Below are positions 9,305 to 19,700 of a stretch of 64,000 nucleotides of DNA, piece after piece. This stretch comes from a virus, in IMG/VR virus record IMGVR_UViG_3300036832_001295, positions 1 through 64,000 of that record; one strand, 5' to 3'. Position 1 is the stretch's first letter; each line of letters starts with the position of its first letter. The notes under the pieces are model-generated. The model did not search any database and was not told where the DNA came from. It was given only the letters and a program-made list of their open reading frames with translations. The position numbers and the translations under genes were made by a program.

Positions 9305-12300
9305 AGGAACAGCGTCTCGTCCTCCAACGAATGCTCCCCGTCATCGAGCAGATGCTCGTAGTGGGTGCCCTGCACCTGCAGGTCGGTGAAGTTACGGGCC
9401 CGGCCGGTCAGGTTCTCGTTGATCAGCGCCTGCTGCTCGGCGAAGGTGAAGTCCTTCCCGGCCGCCTTCTGCAACACGGTGCGGGCCGCAGCGGCGATCT
9501 GCGCATCGGAGTACTCCGCCCCGGCCCGTGACCCACCCGAGCCGTTCATCGCCCGCTGCCGTTCGCTCTGCGGCGGCGGCGGGGCATCGTGCATCAGTGC
9601 CTGCCCGCCGGAGGTCGCCCAGAACGCGGCGACCACCGGGTCGACCGCACCCTGGATGCGCAACGCGTCGTTGTTGTCGGTGTCGTCGGTCAGGCCCCGG
9701 TCGTCGCCTTCCGGGATGAACGGCGGGCTGTCCTCCGGGTAGCCCCACGGCTGCTCACGCATCGTCTCGATACCGGGCTGCGCGGCATGCTCGACCTGCT
9801 GCTCCGGTCCCGGTTCGCCGATCTCCTCGGTCGTCCCGTCGGTGGACGGCAACGCCGGTTCCGGTTCCTCGTTCAAGGTGGACACCACGTCGAACCCGGC
9901 CCCGCGCAGCCGCCGGTTGCGCTCGATCTGATAGTTGGTGTCGTAGGCGGTGCCTGGTTCGGCCCCCAGTTCGGCCAGCTGGTCGTAGTGGCTGTGCAGA
10001 TGGGTGCTGGTGGACCCGTCGGCGTCCATGTGGTGGCAGGGCACCTTGGTTTGCAGCTGCTGCCGGGCACTGAACGGGCCCTCGAAGGCGTGGCTGCCGT
10101 CACGCCGCTCGTAGGGCCGGTAGGCCCCGCCGTCCGGGCCCAGGTAGATGCTGACACGGCTGATGCCGTGCTTGTACCGGCTCAGCACCGAGGACTGCGG
10201 CTGGCCTTCGTGAAAGGTGGTGCCCGGGTTGTTCTCCATGAACATCCAGCCGTGGTGCTCGGCCGGGGGGATGTCAGAGCGGTGCAGCGGCTCCCAGTTC
10301 ACCGCATACTTCACATCGTCCTGGTGCGCCGCGGCCTCCTGCTCGCGGGCCTGGTCCAGGGAGCGTTGCACGTCCAGGACCGGCGGGGACTCGCCTTCGG
10401 GGTGGGTGGCGGCCTGCTTGCCCCACTTCTGGCCCTGCGACTCCCGGCCCTCCTGGTAACCCTGCGCGTACCGGGTGGCGCGGATGTAGCCGCCCTCACC
10501 CTGTTCGTAGTCGGGCAGCTGGTAGGGCTGGTCGTCAATGGCGTGCGTGAACCCGATCTTCCAGTCCGGGTCGGTGGCCTTCTCCCGCGGGCTCTCCAAC
10601 GCGGCGGTTGTATCGCTCAGCTGCTCATATGTCGGCCCGACCCCGTTACCCCTCACCGATGTGACCGGAGTCACACTCGCCGCCTTCTTGATCTCGTCCC
10701 AGGGGGTGGATTTCACCTCCCGGCGCAACGCCGGGTTGGCCTTCGCGTGCTGAATTGTCCACCAGGCGGCCTGCTCATGGTCGTCGCCGTCCGGGTCGTC
10801 CGGGTTGAGGGTGGCCCGGCCGTCCTTGAAGGAGACCGCCGATTCTTCCGGGACGTGAACCATGTGCAGCACGTAATTGCGATTGCGATGCACACCGGTC
10901 AGATGCCCGCCGGGCGGGAAGGCCTGGCCGACTTCTTCTTCCCATTCGCGGATCGCACCGTGCAGCGAGGTCTGGTCGCCGTCCTCCAACTTGCCGCCGG
11001 GGAATTCCCAAGTGCCCGCGGCCGGGTCGTCCGGATCATGATTACTGCGTTGGATCATCAGGACCCGACCGGTATCGCCCGCCTTCAAACACAGACCGGC
11101 ATGAGTCGGAGGATCGCTTTGGGGCGATCCTCCGTTACTCGCTTGCCTGCCTTGCCATGCCTCGCCCAGCCCAGACGCGCCATGCCTGACCTCGCCGACA
11201 TCATCATAACCGTTTGAAACGGCTTCCCCGTGCGCCGCCGCGTCCCAATGGGTGAACCCGGAGGACACCGCCGAATCCGACCAGTTACCCGGGTCGGCGG
11301 AGGTCGCCCAACCGATGGAAGCCGGGTTCGGTGAGTCCGAATGCGGGGTAGTCGACTGGTACAGCTGCGCCGGGTTGCCGGGCATCAGCGAGTAGTTGTC
11401 GTAGCTGGCGGTGTGCAGGCTGGCGCTGGTCGCCCCGATCGGGTCGGACTGCTGCATGTCCCCGGCGTCCGGGCTCTCATCGCCGACCGGGTCGGTGGTG
11501 GCGGACAGGTCACCGGGCCCGCCCCCGGCCGCGTCGGTGGGGGCCGCCCCGACCTGCACCTGGCCGGTGCCGCCGCAGTGCCCGCAGCCGGAGCCCTCAC
11601 ACTGCGGACACCACACGTAGTTGCCGCCCCACGGCATCCCGTACCCCCAGTCCGGGGCGTGCATCCGGGTGTCGTTGGTGTGGTGCAGCAGGTGCTTCTT
11701 CTTCTGTTTCGCGTCCGACTGGTCCCGTTCGTCCAACCGCGGGATGTCGGTGCCGGGTTCGGCGGCCCCACCCATCGGGTCGGTGGTGGCCTCCTCCTCA
11801 TCGTCATCCTCGTTCTCGTCGTCGTCCTTCTTGGCGGCGAAATGCACCATCCCGGCCGGAACCACCCGACCGTCGGCCAGGGTGCAATCCCCGCCTGGTT
11901 CGACATGCACTAACCGGGCCACCACGCCGTCCACCAGCACGGTCGCGGCGGTCTCGGAGGCAACCGCCCAGGTCAACGACTCCCTGGCGGCCTGGTGGGT
12001 CATTCCCGTGGCCCTGAGGGCCGTCAGGGCCTCCGCCGGGGAGGTCCCTGCGGCCAGTGCCAGCCTGGCCCACTCGTGCGCCGGGGTTAGCTCCGGCTCG
12101 ACCAGGCTGCCCTTGATCCGGACCCGGGAGCGCGGTGTCCACTCGGTGCGCACATTGCCCGGCGGCACGGTACGGCGGGTCAAACCCCGGCCGGGGGCAT
12201 GTTCGGTGGGCCGTTGGTATTCGGTCTGTATCGGGCTGCGTTGGTACTGGCCGGGTAGCCGTTCGGTGTCCGGTTCGACCTCGCGGCCGAACATGCCCTT

Positions 12301-14394
12301 CGAGGCGACCGTGAACCGCAACGCCATGTTGTGGCTGCACGGCCGGTTCTGGAACCGCTTGTACGGCGGGGTGCGTTCCACGTTGGCCCAGGCGCTCCAT
12401 TGGCAGCCACAATGCCAGTACGCCACCCGGCGGGTGCTCGGCAGGTAAGAGAACTCGGTCTCGTAGGTTGCCGTGTCGCCCTGTACCTCACCGACCGCAC
12501 CGGTCGAATTGGCGGCCAGCACCCGAACCTTGCCTTCTTTGCGGAGCCGGACACCCTTGCGACGCACGTCCGCCCAGGAGGCGGTGAACTCGAAGCCGAC
12601 CTGCGGCGGGTCCGGTGCGGGCAACCCGGTGAAGATCGGGTACCCGGCCTCGGCGGTGGCGGCGGCATTCAGGGTGGCCGAATGCACCGTGCCCTCGGCC
12701 TTGATCTTGCGCAGCGCCCGGCCGTACTGGGCCTCGGTGCCCGGGTCGTCGTGGACCCAGTCGTACTCGCCCGCCTTGACCTCGTCCCGGTAGTTGTTCT
12801 TCAGATAGTGGTAGCCCTGGTGCCAGGGTTCGTGGATGGCCACGATCTGCGAGGGCGGCACGTCACCGCGCAGCGTGACGTGGGAGCGGTGACCTTCCAG
12901 GTGCTCGATGTGGTTCTGCAACGAGCCGCCCTGGCCGTAGTGCTCACCGATGTCCAGATCCTTGCCCCGGCTCGGGTCGGCGTGGAACTCGACGTAGGCC
13001 CGGTCATGGAAGGTGTCGGCCCTGGGCACCCCGGCCGCCGCCCACACCTGATCCGGTTCGCCGTAGGTGTGCCCGCGGGCATGACCCCGAACCAGGCCGT
13101 GCTCCCGGATCGAGGGCAGCGCGTCCGGTGAGGTGTAGTGGAAGAGCCGGACATGGCCCTCCGGGATCGGGGCGGTGCCGGGCTCGGGCGGGATCTCCTC
13201 CGGCCCGTTCACCGCCCTGTGCAGCGAGGCATCAAGGTGATGCCGCATGGCCTCCGGATTGTCCATCAGGCAGGAGGAGCAGATGTACTTACCCCCTGGC
13301 GTTTCGCGGAAGTCGTCCTCGTGCTTGTACTTTCCGCAGAAGTCGCACTGCAGGGAGTCGGGGTCGGGTTCCTCGTCGTAGCCGAGCACCTGCAGCACCG
13401 AGTAGTGCTCCAGTCCCTTGGTGGACCAGGTGTCCTCCTCGTCCTGCCGGGCGTCATACCACTTGCGGTGCTGGCGGTACTCCTGCTCCCCCGCGTCGTC
13501 CAGGTCGCCGTAGTCGTTGACCACGTGGTGCTGCATCAACGCTTCCATGTGCGGGTAACGCGGGTTGTCCAGGTGGGCGTTGAACGCGTCATAGGCGGCC
13601 CGCTCGTCCGGCTCCATCCCCGCGTACTCATCGAACTTGGCGTGCACCGCCCGCGGGTCGTTGATGACCGCCCGCGGGTCACCCTGCCGGGACGGGGCGT
13701 TGGCGGAGGAGTTCGGGAATTCCGGCTGCCACTGGATCCCGTCGTCGGTTTTGGCCATCGTGCCGCCGCACTGCGCACACCGGGCCCGTACCCCGCGCCC
13801 GGTGTCCTGGAAGTCCTCGAAGCTCTGGTTGCCGCACCAGGCGCAGGTGTCCGGTTGGCCCAGATCCTCGGTCGCCGGGGTGGCTTCCTCCTGGCTGCGG
13901 TCGATCTTGTCCTGCTGCGGGTCCAGCGTCTGGGTGCCACCCAGGCTCGGGTTGTCCTCCCAGTCCTGGTCCAGCGGCGCGTCCACCCCACCGAGGGAGC
14001 GCAGCGCCGCGTAGACGTGCAGGTTCTCCGGCGGCAGCCGTTCGGACAGGATCGAGCCCAACTCCGGGTAGTAGAAGCTGGCGTCGGAGCCGCCGGAGGC
14101 CTCCGCGGCGGCCGACACCTCATCCAGGGCCGCGGTCAACGCCCCGGCCGCGTTGAGGTCCTCACCCGGTTTGCTGATCTGGCTGGCCAGGTACTGCCCG
14201 CCGCCGACGCCATGGTCCAGGCGCACCTCGTAGGTCTCCGCGCCGTTGAACAGCCCGTCGTAGACCGCGATCACCCGGCCCGGATAACCGTCGGCGATGA
14301 CCGACTCACCGACCTGGTAGTCGTAGTTCGGATCGTCTTCGATGCCGTTGGCGATCGAGGCGGCGGTGCGGTGGAAGTTGTTCCTGCGCGACAT
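9301..14394 (-). CDS. large multi-domain virion-type protein (Zn ribbons, ART-like, SWIM, Nudix)
   Basis: 1697 aa; Nudix box GGKLEDGDQTSLHGAIREWEEEVG; SWIM CGC...CSH; RLFHYT...SIREHGL ART-like start; CxxCxGxG; GGAGG RBS. Confidence 0.8.
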   Translation of the reverse strand: MSRRNNFHRTAASIANGIEDDPNYDYQVGESVIADGYPGRVIAVYDGLFNGAETYEVRLDHGVGGGQYLASQISKPGEDLNAAGALTAALDEVSAAAEASGGSDASFYYPELGSILSERLPPENLHVYAALRSLGGVDAPLDQDWEDNPSLGGTQTLDPQQDKIDRSQEEATPATEDLGQPDTCAWCGNQSFEDFQDTGRGVRARCAQCGGTMAKTDDGIQWQPEFPNSSANAPSRQGDPRAVINDPRAVHAKFDEYAGMEPDERAAYDAFNAHLDNPRYPHMEALMQHHVVNDYGDLDDAGEQEYRQHRKWYDARQDEEDTWSTKGLEHYSVLQVLGYDEEPDPDSLQCDFCGKYKHEDDFRETPGGKYICSSCLMDNPEAMRHHLDASLHRAVNGPEEIPPEPGTAPIPEGHVRLFHYTSPDALPSIREHGLVRGHARGHTYGEPDQVWAAAGVPRADTFHDRAYVEFHADPSRGKDLDIGEHYGQGGSLQNHIEHLEGHRSHVTLRGDVPPSQIVAIHEPWHQGYHYLKNNYRDEVKAGEYDWVHDDPGTEAQYGRALRKIKAEGTVHSATLNAAATAEAGYPIFTGLPAPDPPQVGFEFTASWADVRRKGVRLRKEGKVRVLAANSTGAVGEVQGDTATYETEFSYLPSTRRVAYWHCGCQWSAWANVERTPPYKRFQNRPCSHNMALRFTVASKGMFGREVEPDTERLPGQYQRSPIQTEYQRPTEHAPGRGLTRRTVPPGNVRTEWTPRSRVRIKGSLVEPELTPAHEWARLALAAGTSPAEALTALRATGMTHQAARESLTWAVASETAATVLVDGVVARLVHVEPGGDCTLADGRVVPAGMVHFAAKKDDDENEDDDEEEATTDPMGGAAEPGTDIPRLDERDQSDAKQKKKHLLHHTNDTRMHAPDWGYGMPWGGNYVWCPQCEGSGCGHCGGTGQVQVGAAPTDAAGGGPGDLSATTDPVGDESPDAGDMQQSDPIGATSASLHTASYDNYSLMPGNPAQLYQSTTPHSDSPNPASIGWATSADPGNWSDSAVSSGFTHWDAAAHGEAVSNGYDDVGEVRHGASGLGEAWQGRQASNGGSPQSDPPTHAGLCLKAGDTGRVLMIQRSNHDPDDPAAGTWEFPGGKLEDGDQTSLHGAIREWEEEVGQAFPPGGHLTGVHRNRNYVLHMVHVPEESAVSFKDGRATLNPDDPDGDDHEQAAWWTIQHAKANPALRREVKSTPWDEIKKAASVTPVTSVRGNGVGPTYEQLSDTTAALESPREKATDPDWKIGFTHAIDDQPYQLPDYEQGEGGYIRATRYAQGYQEGRESQGQKWGKQAATHPEGESPPVLDVQRSLDQAREQEAAAHQDDVKYAVNWEPLHRSDIPPAEHHGWMFMENNPGTTFHEGQPQSSVLSRYKHGISRVSIYLGPDGGAYRPYERRDGSHAFEGPFSARQQLQTKVPCHHMDADGSTSTHLHSHYDQLAELGAEPGTAYDTNYQIERNRRLRGAGFDVVSTLNEEPEPALPSTDGTTEEIGEPGPEQQVEHAAQPGIETMREQPWGYPEDSPPFIPEGDDRGLTDDTDNNDALRIQGAVDPVVAAFWATSGGQALMHDAPPPPQSERQRAMNGSGGSRAGAEYSDAQIAAAARTVLQKAAGKDFTFAEQQALINENLTGRARNFTDLQVQGTHYEHLLDDGEHSLEDETLFL

Positions 14395-14439
14395 CGGGGC
14401 CTCCTCGCTTCTTCGCAGCCAGCAGCCTGCCTGGGGCAG

Positions 14440-15096
14440 TTAGTAGAACTCCTCCACGATCACCACCCCGGGACCGCCCGCTCCACCGGCAGTGTTCGCG
14501 GTGGAGGAAAGCGACCCGGATGCGCCGCCGCCGTAAGATTGCCCATCACCGCCACCGCCGACCGCGACGAGGCCTCTGCCGCCGCCACCCAGTTGTGAGG
14601 AGCCGCCCGCGCCGGACAGTGACGGCGGCGAGCCGATGGTGACGCCGCCGAAGCCCGGCTGTCCGGCGATCTGGATGGCACCTGCCGTGCCGGAACCCGA
14701 TACCCCGCCCTGTGCGGAGGAGTTGGCCGTGCTCGCCGTGCCACCTTGATTGCCTGCTCCACCGCCGTTGGCCGCGACCAGAGCGCCGAACGAGCTAGCC
14801 GATCCGGGGTTGCCGCTCGCTGCACTCACCCCGGTGCCACCCGCGCCGACCGTGACCGTCACGGTGGCGGTCAGATTTGCGGCGGGGATGAAATCCTCTG
14901 CGTAACCTGCGCCGCCGCCGCCACCGCCCGCAGCCCGTCCGGTCGCCGCCCCGGTGCAGCCACCACCGCCACCGCCACCGCCGACCAGCCGCACCCGGGC
15001 CGCTTTGATGTTGGCGGGTTTGTTCCACGTCGTGCTCGCCGTGTAAACGCGCAGGATGGGAGTTGGGACGGTGCCGGGGCCGTAAATGGTGGGCAT
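14440..15096 (-). CDS. glycine-rich minor tail protein
   Basis: start reset to ATG 15096; VRLVGGGGGGGG...GGAGGPGVVIVEEF is typical of Gly-rich actinophage tail proteins. Confidence 0.75.
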   Translation of the reverse strand: MPTIYGPGTVPTPILRVYTASTTWNKPANIKAARVRLVGGGGGGGGCTGAATGRAAGGGGGGAGYAEDFIPAANLTATVTVTVGAGGTGVSAASGNPGSASSFGALVAANGGGAGNQGGTASTANSSAQGGVSGSGTAGAIQIAGQPGFGGVTIGSPPSLSGAGGSSQLGGGGRGLVAVGGGGDGQSYGGGASGSLSSTANTAGGAGGPGVVIVEEFY

Positions 15097-15098
15097 CG

Positions 15099-16628
15099 CT
15101 AACCGATCCGTGCGAACTGCATCCAGTGCCCTGCGCCTTGTGGGTTCAGGGCGAGGTTCGCTCCGGTGGTCTGCCAGACCCGCAGGTCGATCACGTCCCC
15201 GGCAGCGGCCCGGTAGATGTGCGTGACCTGTTGGGCCATCGTCAGGGGGGAAGGCAAGTCGGTACGGTTCGCCTCGCTGTTGTTGATGAAGACGGCAAGT
15301 ATCCGCCGACCGGTGGTGTTGTTCGCCCAGCAGATCGTGAAGTTGATGAGCAGCAGCGCGCCGTCGTTCGCTGCGTTGACGGTGGCCGCGCCGCCAACTA
15401 GCGGGGCGATGGGCTGACCGCCGCCGGGGGTGACGTTCGCCCAACCGGTGAACGGCCCGTTCCACTGACCATTGATAATGCTGGTGACCTGCTGCCCGTT
15501 GTGGACCTGCCAGATGTTCGGCTGCCAAGGCGCTGGCGAGGCGGCGCTGCCGACACCGTAACCGGAAGTGATTCGCGTATTAGCCGCACCGTCGCACACC
15601 AACTGGGCACTCGCGTGTTGGCCGACCAGGTAGAGGTTGGCGTCACCGTCGATCAGCCCGGTGGTCATGGTGACGGTGCAGGTGTTCGATGTGTTGTCGA
15701 TCCGCTTGATCGTGTACACGTTGCCTGCCGTGGCCGGACAGGTGACGGTGACGTTGTTGCTGGTGCAGTCCACCTCGATGGTGTCCCGGTTCTGCAAGGT
15801 CGCGGTTGCCGCCGTGATGGTGTAGACCCGCCCGTCCACGTAGTTCTTGTTGGCGATTTCGGTGCCGGACGCCGGGAAGTCGGATACCTGCGAGCGACCG
15901 CTGGAATCCCGCAGCATGATGGACGGGTTGAAGGCGGCACCGACCGCCGCGTAGTTGACGTTGCCCAGGCCCTGCCAGCCGACGCTGGTGACGGCCCAGT
16001 TGGTGTTCGCGGCGTAGTAGGTGAACTCGACGTAGGCGTTCTGCCCGCCGACGGTCCAGGTGGTGTTGGTCTGCCCGCCGATGATCGTGTCGCTGCCGCC
16101 AGCGGTGACCGTCCAAGAGGTCGAGTAGAAGTTATTGTCCTGCCGGAAGAGCCGGATCCGAGTTCGGTCAGCGGGAATAGTCGGCAGTGTGATCGCCAAG
16201 CTACCCAGGCTGGCGGCAGCGTTGAGCCGGTAGAAGGTGTTCGCGACGGCCCCGAACGCGGCGTTCTTGGTGCCGCCGTCGAGCAGGTCGACGTAACCCT
16301 TGTTAGCGATGTCGGCCGCCACCAACGCGGTACCCACCTGGGCGTTGCCATTAGCGTCACGGGCCATCCACGAATTAGCCTGTGGGCCGGTTGCCGAGAC
16401 CGACCAGTTCACGTCGTAGTCAGCGGCGCTCTTCTTGGTCAGTACGGAAGTGAATGCACCTCCGGGTGGGAGAGGGTTCGCACCGCCACCGGTCGGCCAC
16501 GCCACCCAGGCACCACCCTGCGCGACGTAGAGCGTGCTGTTGGCGGTATTCCAGTACATGTCGCCGTTCGAGCCGACGGCCGGTGCCGAGGAGTACGCGG
16601 CAGCATTGGTGATACCCAGCGTGCGCAT
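15099..16628 (-). CDS. tail fibre / minor tail protein
   Basis: 509 aa Thr/Asn/Gly-rich; GDMYWNT, repeated MxRDxxG...IANKxYVD and C-terminal beta-sandwich pattern. Confidence 0.75.
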   Translation of the reverse strand: MRTLGITNAAAYSSAPAVGSNGDMYWNTANSTLYVAQGGAWVAWPTGGGANPLPPGGAFTSVLTKKSAADYDVNWSVSATGPQANSWMARDANGNAQVGTALVAADIANKGYVDLLDGGTKNAAFGAVANTFYRLNAAASLGSLAITLPTIPADRTRIRLFRQDNNFYSTSWTVTAGGSDTIIGGQTNTTWTVGGQNAYVEFTYYAANTNWAVTSVGWQGLGNVNYAAVGAAFNPSIMLRDSSGRSQVSDFPASGTEIANKNYVDGRVYTITAATATLQNRDTIEVDCTSNNVTVTCPATAGNVYTIKRIDNTSNTCTVTMTTGLIDGDANLYLVGQHASAQLVCDGAANTRITSGYGVGSAASPAPWQPNIWQVHNGQQVTSIINGQWNGPFTGWANVTPGGGQPIAPLVGGAATVNAANDGALLLINFTICWANNTTGRRILAVFINNSEANRTDLPSPLTMAQQVTHIYRAAAGDVIDLRVWQTTGANLALNPQGAGHWMQFARIG

Positions 16629-16629
16629 C

Positions 16630-16722
16630 TCATTTCCTCCGGCGGAAGAAGACCGACCAGGCCACCACGATGGCGACGATCGTCACCGCCCAACCCAGCA
16701 GCAGCCACTGGATGAGGTTCAC
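16630..16722 (-). CDS. small membrane peptide
   Basis: 30 aa (MNLIQWLLLGWAVTIVAIVVAWSVFFRRRK) fills the gap between tail genes. Confidence 0.5.
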   Translation of the reverse strand: MNLIQWLLLGWAVTIVAIVVAWSVFFRRRK

Positions 16723-16724
16723 GG

Positions 16725-18752
16725 CTAGCCCGTGATAACCACGCGATAGCCGACCGGGTTGATGACGTTGGAGTTGTAGCGGATGGTGGCATGGGTGGTG
16801 TCGGTGGCCTCCCAATCCACCTCTATGGCGTTCCACGGCGAGTTGTTGTTGATCACGGAGACCTGGATGTCGCGGGTGTTCAGGTTGTGCAAGAACACCT
16901 CACCGGTCGCATAGGCGACACTGCCCGCCAGCGCACTTGCGTATTTCTTCACCATGCCGGTGGTCGCGGTGGTCACGCTGGCCACGGTGGCGATCACGGC
17001 GGTGTTCACGATCACCGAGTCGGCGGCGACGGTGAGGCTGGTGTCCCCGGTGACGAAGTCGATGGTATTGCCGGTCTTGGTCAGTCCGTTCCCGGCGTTG
17101 ATCTGCGCCGCGCCGGAGAACTGCGTCCAGGTGACCGCGGTGGTGTTCAGCGTGCCGCCCTGATCCGCGGTGCACAGCCAACCGGTATCACCGTTGACGG
17201 TGCCCTGCTCCACCCAGGTGTAGGCCGAAGGCACCTCGGTCCAGGCATCCATGTCGGTGGCCCGGACCCAAGCCCCGGCCGCTACCACGTAGATGCCGTT
17301 GTTGGCCACGGTGGTCTGGTCCTTGCACAGCACCCGGTCATTGGCGATCAACGCGATGCCATCCACCGTCTGGGTGCCGGACAGGGTGAGGTTGGCGGTG
17401 CTGGCCGCCTTCACCGACTGCTTCGCGTCCAGGCCTTGCACGGTGTTGTCGACGTAGTTTTTGGTCGCGCCGTCCTGCGCGGCAGCTGGGTCAAGCAGCC
17501 CGGTGATCTTGTGGTTGTTCAGCGCGACGTCGGTGCTGGTGGGGTGTGCGGTGGCCAGTGCCCCCAGGTCGAAGGCGGTGGCGGTGTCGGCGACCACGAT
17601 GGTGCCGTCGGTGATGTTCGCGCTACTCACCGAGTTGTTCGCCAGCGTCGGGTTGGGGTAGGTGCCGGTCAGTGCACCACCGGCCGCACCGCCGGACTGG
17701 ATCGGGGTGAACGCCAGGTCGGTGGTGGCGATGGTGCCGTCCAGGATCTTCGCGCTGGTCACCGCGCCGTTGGCGATGACCGGGTTCGGGTAGGTCGACC
17801 CGGCCAGGTCGCCGCCTGCCGTCCCGCTGGGCGGGAAGGTGGCGGGCATCGGGTGCCGGTGATCCTCCCGGGCGTAGGTGGCGGCGGTGCCGACCTGGCC
17901 CGCATCCGCGACCGCCTCGGTCTGCACCGTGGTCGCCGGGCTCACTCCGGCTGCCGGGGTCGCCCAGATCACGTCGTAAGGAGTAATGCTGTTCTTGGTG
18001 AGCACTTGGTTGGCGGTACCTGCGGGCGGCAGGCTCTGCCCGTGCAGGTGCCAGAACCCGGCGTTATAAACGAACACCAGCATTTCGTTGTTGTTCAGCA
18101 GGTTGTACTGGTTACCTGTGCCGCCGCCTGTGCTGCCCGAGGTACGGAACAAATCAGCACCGCCGCAAGAAACTATGACGGTGTTGGCCGAGTTGATGTC
18201 GTTGCGGATGAATCCGATGGCGCTGCCCGACGCCGGGGTGGTCGGCAACGTGATCGTGATATTCGCCGATACAGTCACCAGGTAGCTGGTGTCTACCGCC
18301 GCCGCACCCGACGTGGTGATGGTGCCCCAGGTACTGGGAACCTGCTTCGTGTTCGCCGAAGCAGCAGGCGTGCCGTGCGTGTGGTCCGAGCGTGCGATGG
18401 TGGTCGCTGCGCCTACGTTCGATGCGAGGCCGTAGCTCGTCTCTGCCGTTACCGAGCCACCGAATGCAGGCATGCCGTGCTTGTGGTCCCCGGCGCTGGC
18501 CTGTGAGGAGACACCACCGACAGGTGCATCCCCGATCGCTTGGGTGGACGCCGAGGAAGACAACGACATCCCGGCCCCGGCCATCGCCTGCTGCCAGGAG
18601 GTGCCGTCCCACCACTTCAGGATGTTGTTGGTGGAGTCGTACCAGAGTTGCCCCTTGACCGGGGTGGGTGGCGCGCTGGTCAGGTTCTGCACCGCCGCCT
18701 GGCGCAGTTCGTTCTTGTTCAGGTCGAGGGGAACCAGGAAATTGGGCACCAC
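16725..18752 (-). CDS. tail fibre protein
   Basis: 675 aa; ARxDHxH repeats, GGDLxGTYPNP repeats and LSGTQTVDG...DRVLCKDQT...NGIY...WVRATD fibre motif. Confidence 0.85.
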   Translation of the reverse strand: MVPNFLVPLDLNKNELRQAAVQNLTSAPPTPVKGQLWYDSTNNILKWWDGTSWQQAMAGAGMSLSSSASTQAIGDAPVGGVSSQASAGDHKHGMPAFGGSVTAETSYGLASNVGAATTIARSDHTHGTPAASANTKQVPSTWGTITTSGAAAVDTSYLVTVSANITITLPTTPASGSAIGFIRNDINSANTVIVSCGGADLFRTSGSTGGGTGNQYNLLNNNEMLVFVYNAGFWHLHGQSLPPAGTANQVLTKNSITPYDVIWATPAAGVSPATTVQTEAVADAGQVGTAATYAREDHRHPMPATFPPSGTAGGDLAGSTYPNPVIANGAVTSAKILDGTIATTDLAFTPIQSGGAAGGALTGTYPNPTLANNSVSSANITDGTIVVADTATAFDLGALATAHPTSTDVALNNHKITGLLDPAAAQDGATKNYVDNTVQGLDAKQSVKAASTANLTLSGTQTVDGIALIANDRVLCKDQTTVANNGIYVVAAGAWVRATDMDAWTEVPSAYTWVEQGTVNGDTGWLCTADQGGTLNTTAVTWTQFSGAAQINAGNGLTKTGNTIDFVTGDTSLTVAADSVIVNTAVIATVASVTTATTGMVKKYASALAGSVAYATGEVFLHNLNTRDIQVSVINNNSPWNAIEVDWEATDTTHATIRYNSNVINPVGYRVVITG

Positions 18753-18762
18753 GGTCTCCTAG

Positions 18763-19644
18763 CTAGGAGCAGTACGCCTCACCCGCGAACTGCGCGGAGA
18801 AGGTCAACTGCACGGTGTTGTCATCCACGTAAAGCACGTCGCCGATCACCTCGGTGCCCGCCGAGTCGACCACCGTCACATTCGGCCGGAAGCCCAGGTA
18901 GTGGATCACCGTCCAGACCGTGGCCGGGGTGGACTGCCGATGCGTGTAGGAGGGCAGCATTGGCGGCTGGAAGGTGAAGGAGTTGCTGGTGGAATCCCAG
19001 ACGATGAAGTCGCCGGTCTGGGCGGTCCCGGTGTAGGGCGGGGCCGGTTCCAACAGCGCGATGCCTTCCCAGCTGGTTCCGTTCCAGCACATCAGCATGT
19101 CGTCGGTGGTGTCGTAGTAGACGTAGCCGACCTGCTCCGGGGTGACCGTCGGGGCGGCGGGCAGCCCCGGGATGGGCGGCCCGGGCGGGCCGGGTGGTCC
19201 GGGCGGGCCACCCGGATGAGCCTGGAAGTAGGCGAGCGTGACCAGGTCGGCGGGCAGGCTCGGGTCGGCGGCTTGCAGCTGGCCGGTGACGGTGTGGATC
19301 GCGCCGATCTCGGTGAAGTAACCGGTGGAGAACACGTCGGTGTGAGTGGCGGCGGTGCAGATCCAGAGCCGGTTCTGGTAAGTGAGCAGGTCGTAGAGGG
19401 CGTACTGCGAGCCGGGTATCCACGGTCCTCGCCAGTGGGTGGCGTTGACGTCCCAGGCCGACCCGCCACCCGGTGCGTTGGCCACTGCCACCGGTCCGCC
19501 GGGGGTGATGACCACCGCCCGCGGCTGCGGCTGGCCACCGGTCACGGCCACCGTCGGGGCCTGCCCGGGCAGTACCGCGGTGCTCGGGGTGGGCGCACCG
19601 ACCTGCGCGATCGGGGGTTTCGACGGCGGTACCACGGCCTGCAT
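18763..19644 (-). CDS. minor tail protein with short collagen stretch
   Basis: 293 aa; WRGPW..G.QY, GPPGPPGPPGPP and WTVIHYLGFRPNVTVVDSAG motif. Confidence 0.75.
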   Translation of the reverse strand: MQAVVPPSKPPIAQVGAPTPSTAVLPGQAPTVAVTGGQPQPRAVVITPGGPVAVANAPGGGSAWDVNATHWRGPWIPGSQYALYDLLTYQNRLWICTAATHTDVFSTGYFTEIGAIHTVTGQLQAADPSLPADLVTLAYFQAHPGGPPGPPGPPGPPIPGLPAAPTVTPEQVGYVYYDTTDDMLMCWNGTSWEGIALLEPAPPYTGTAQTGDFIVWDSTSNSFTFQPPMLPSYTHRQSTPATVWTVIHYLGFRPNVTVVDSAGTEVIGDVLYVDDNTVQLTFSAQFAGEAYCS

Positions 19645-19700
19645 CGGCTCCTCCTCGGCTGCATTACTTCGCCGCCGGGCGGACCGCTATGCCAGCGTGC

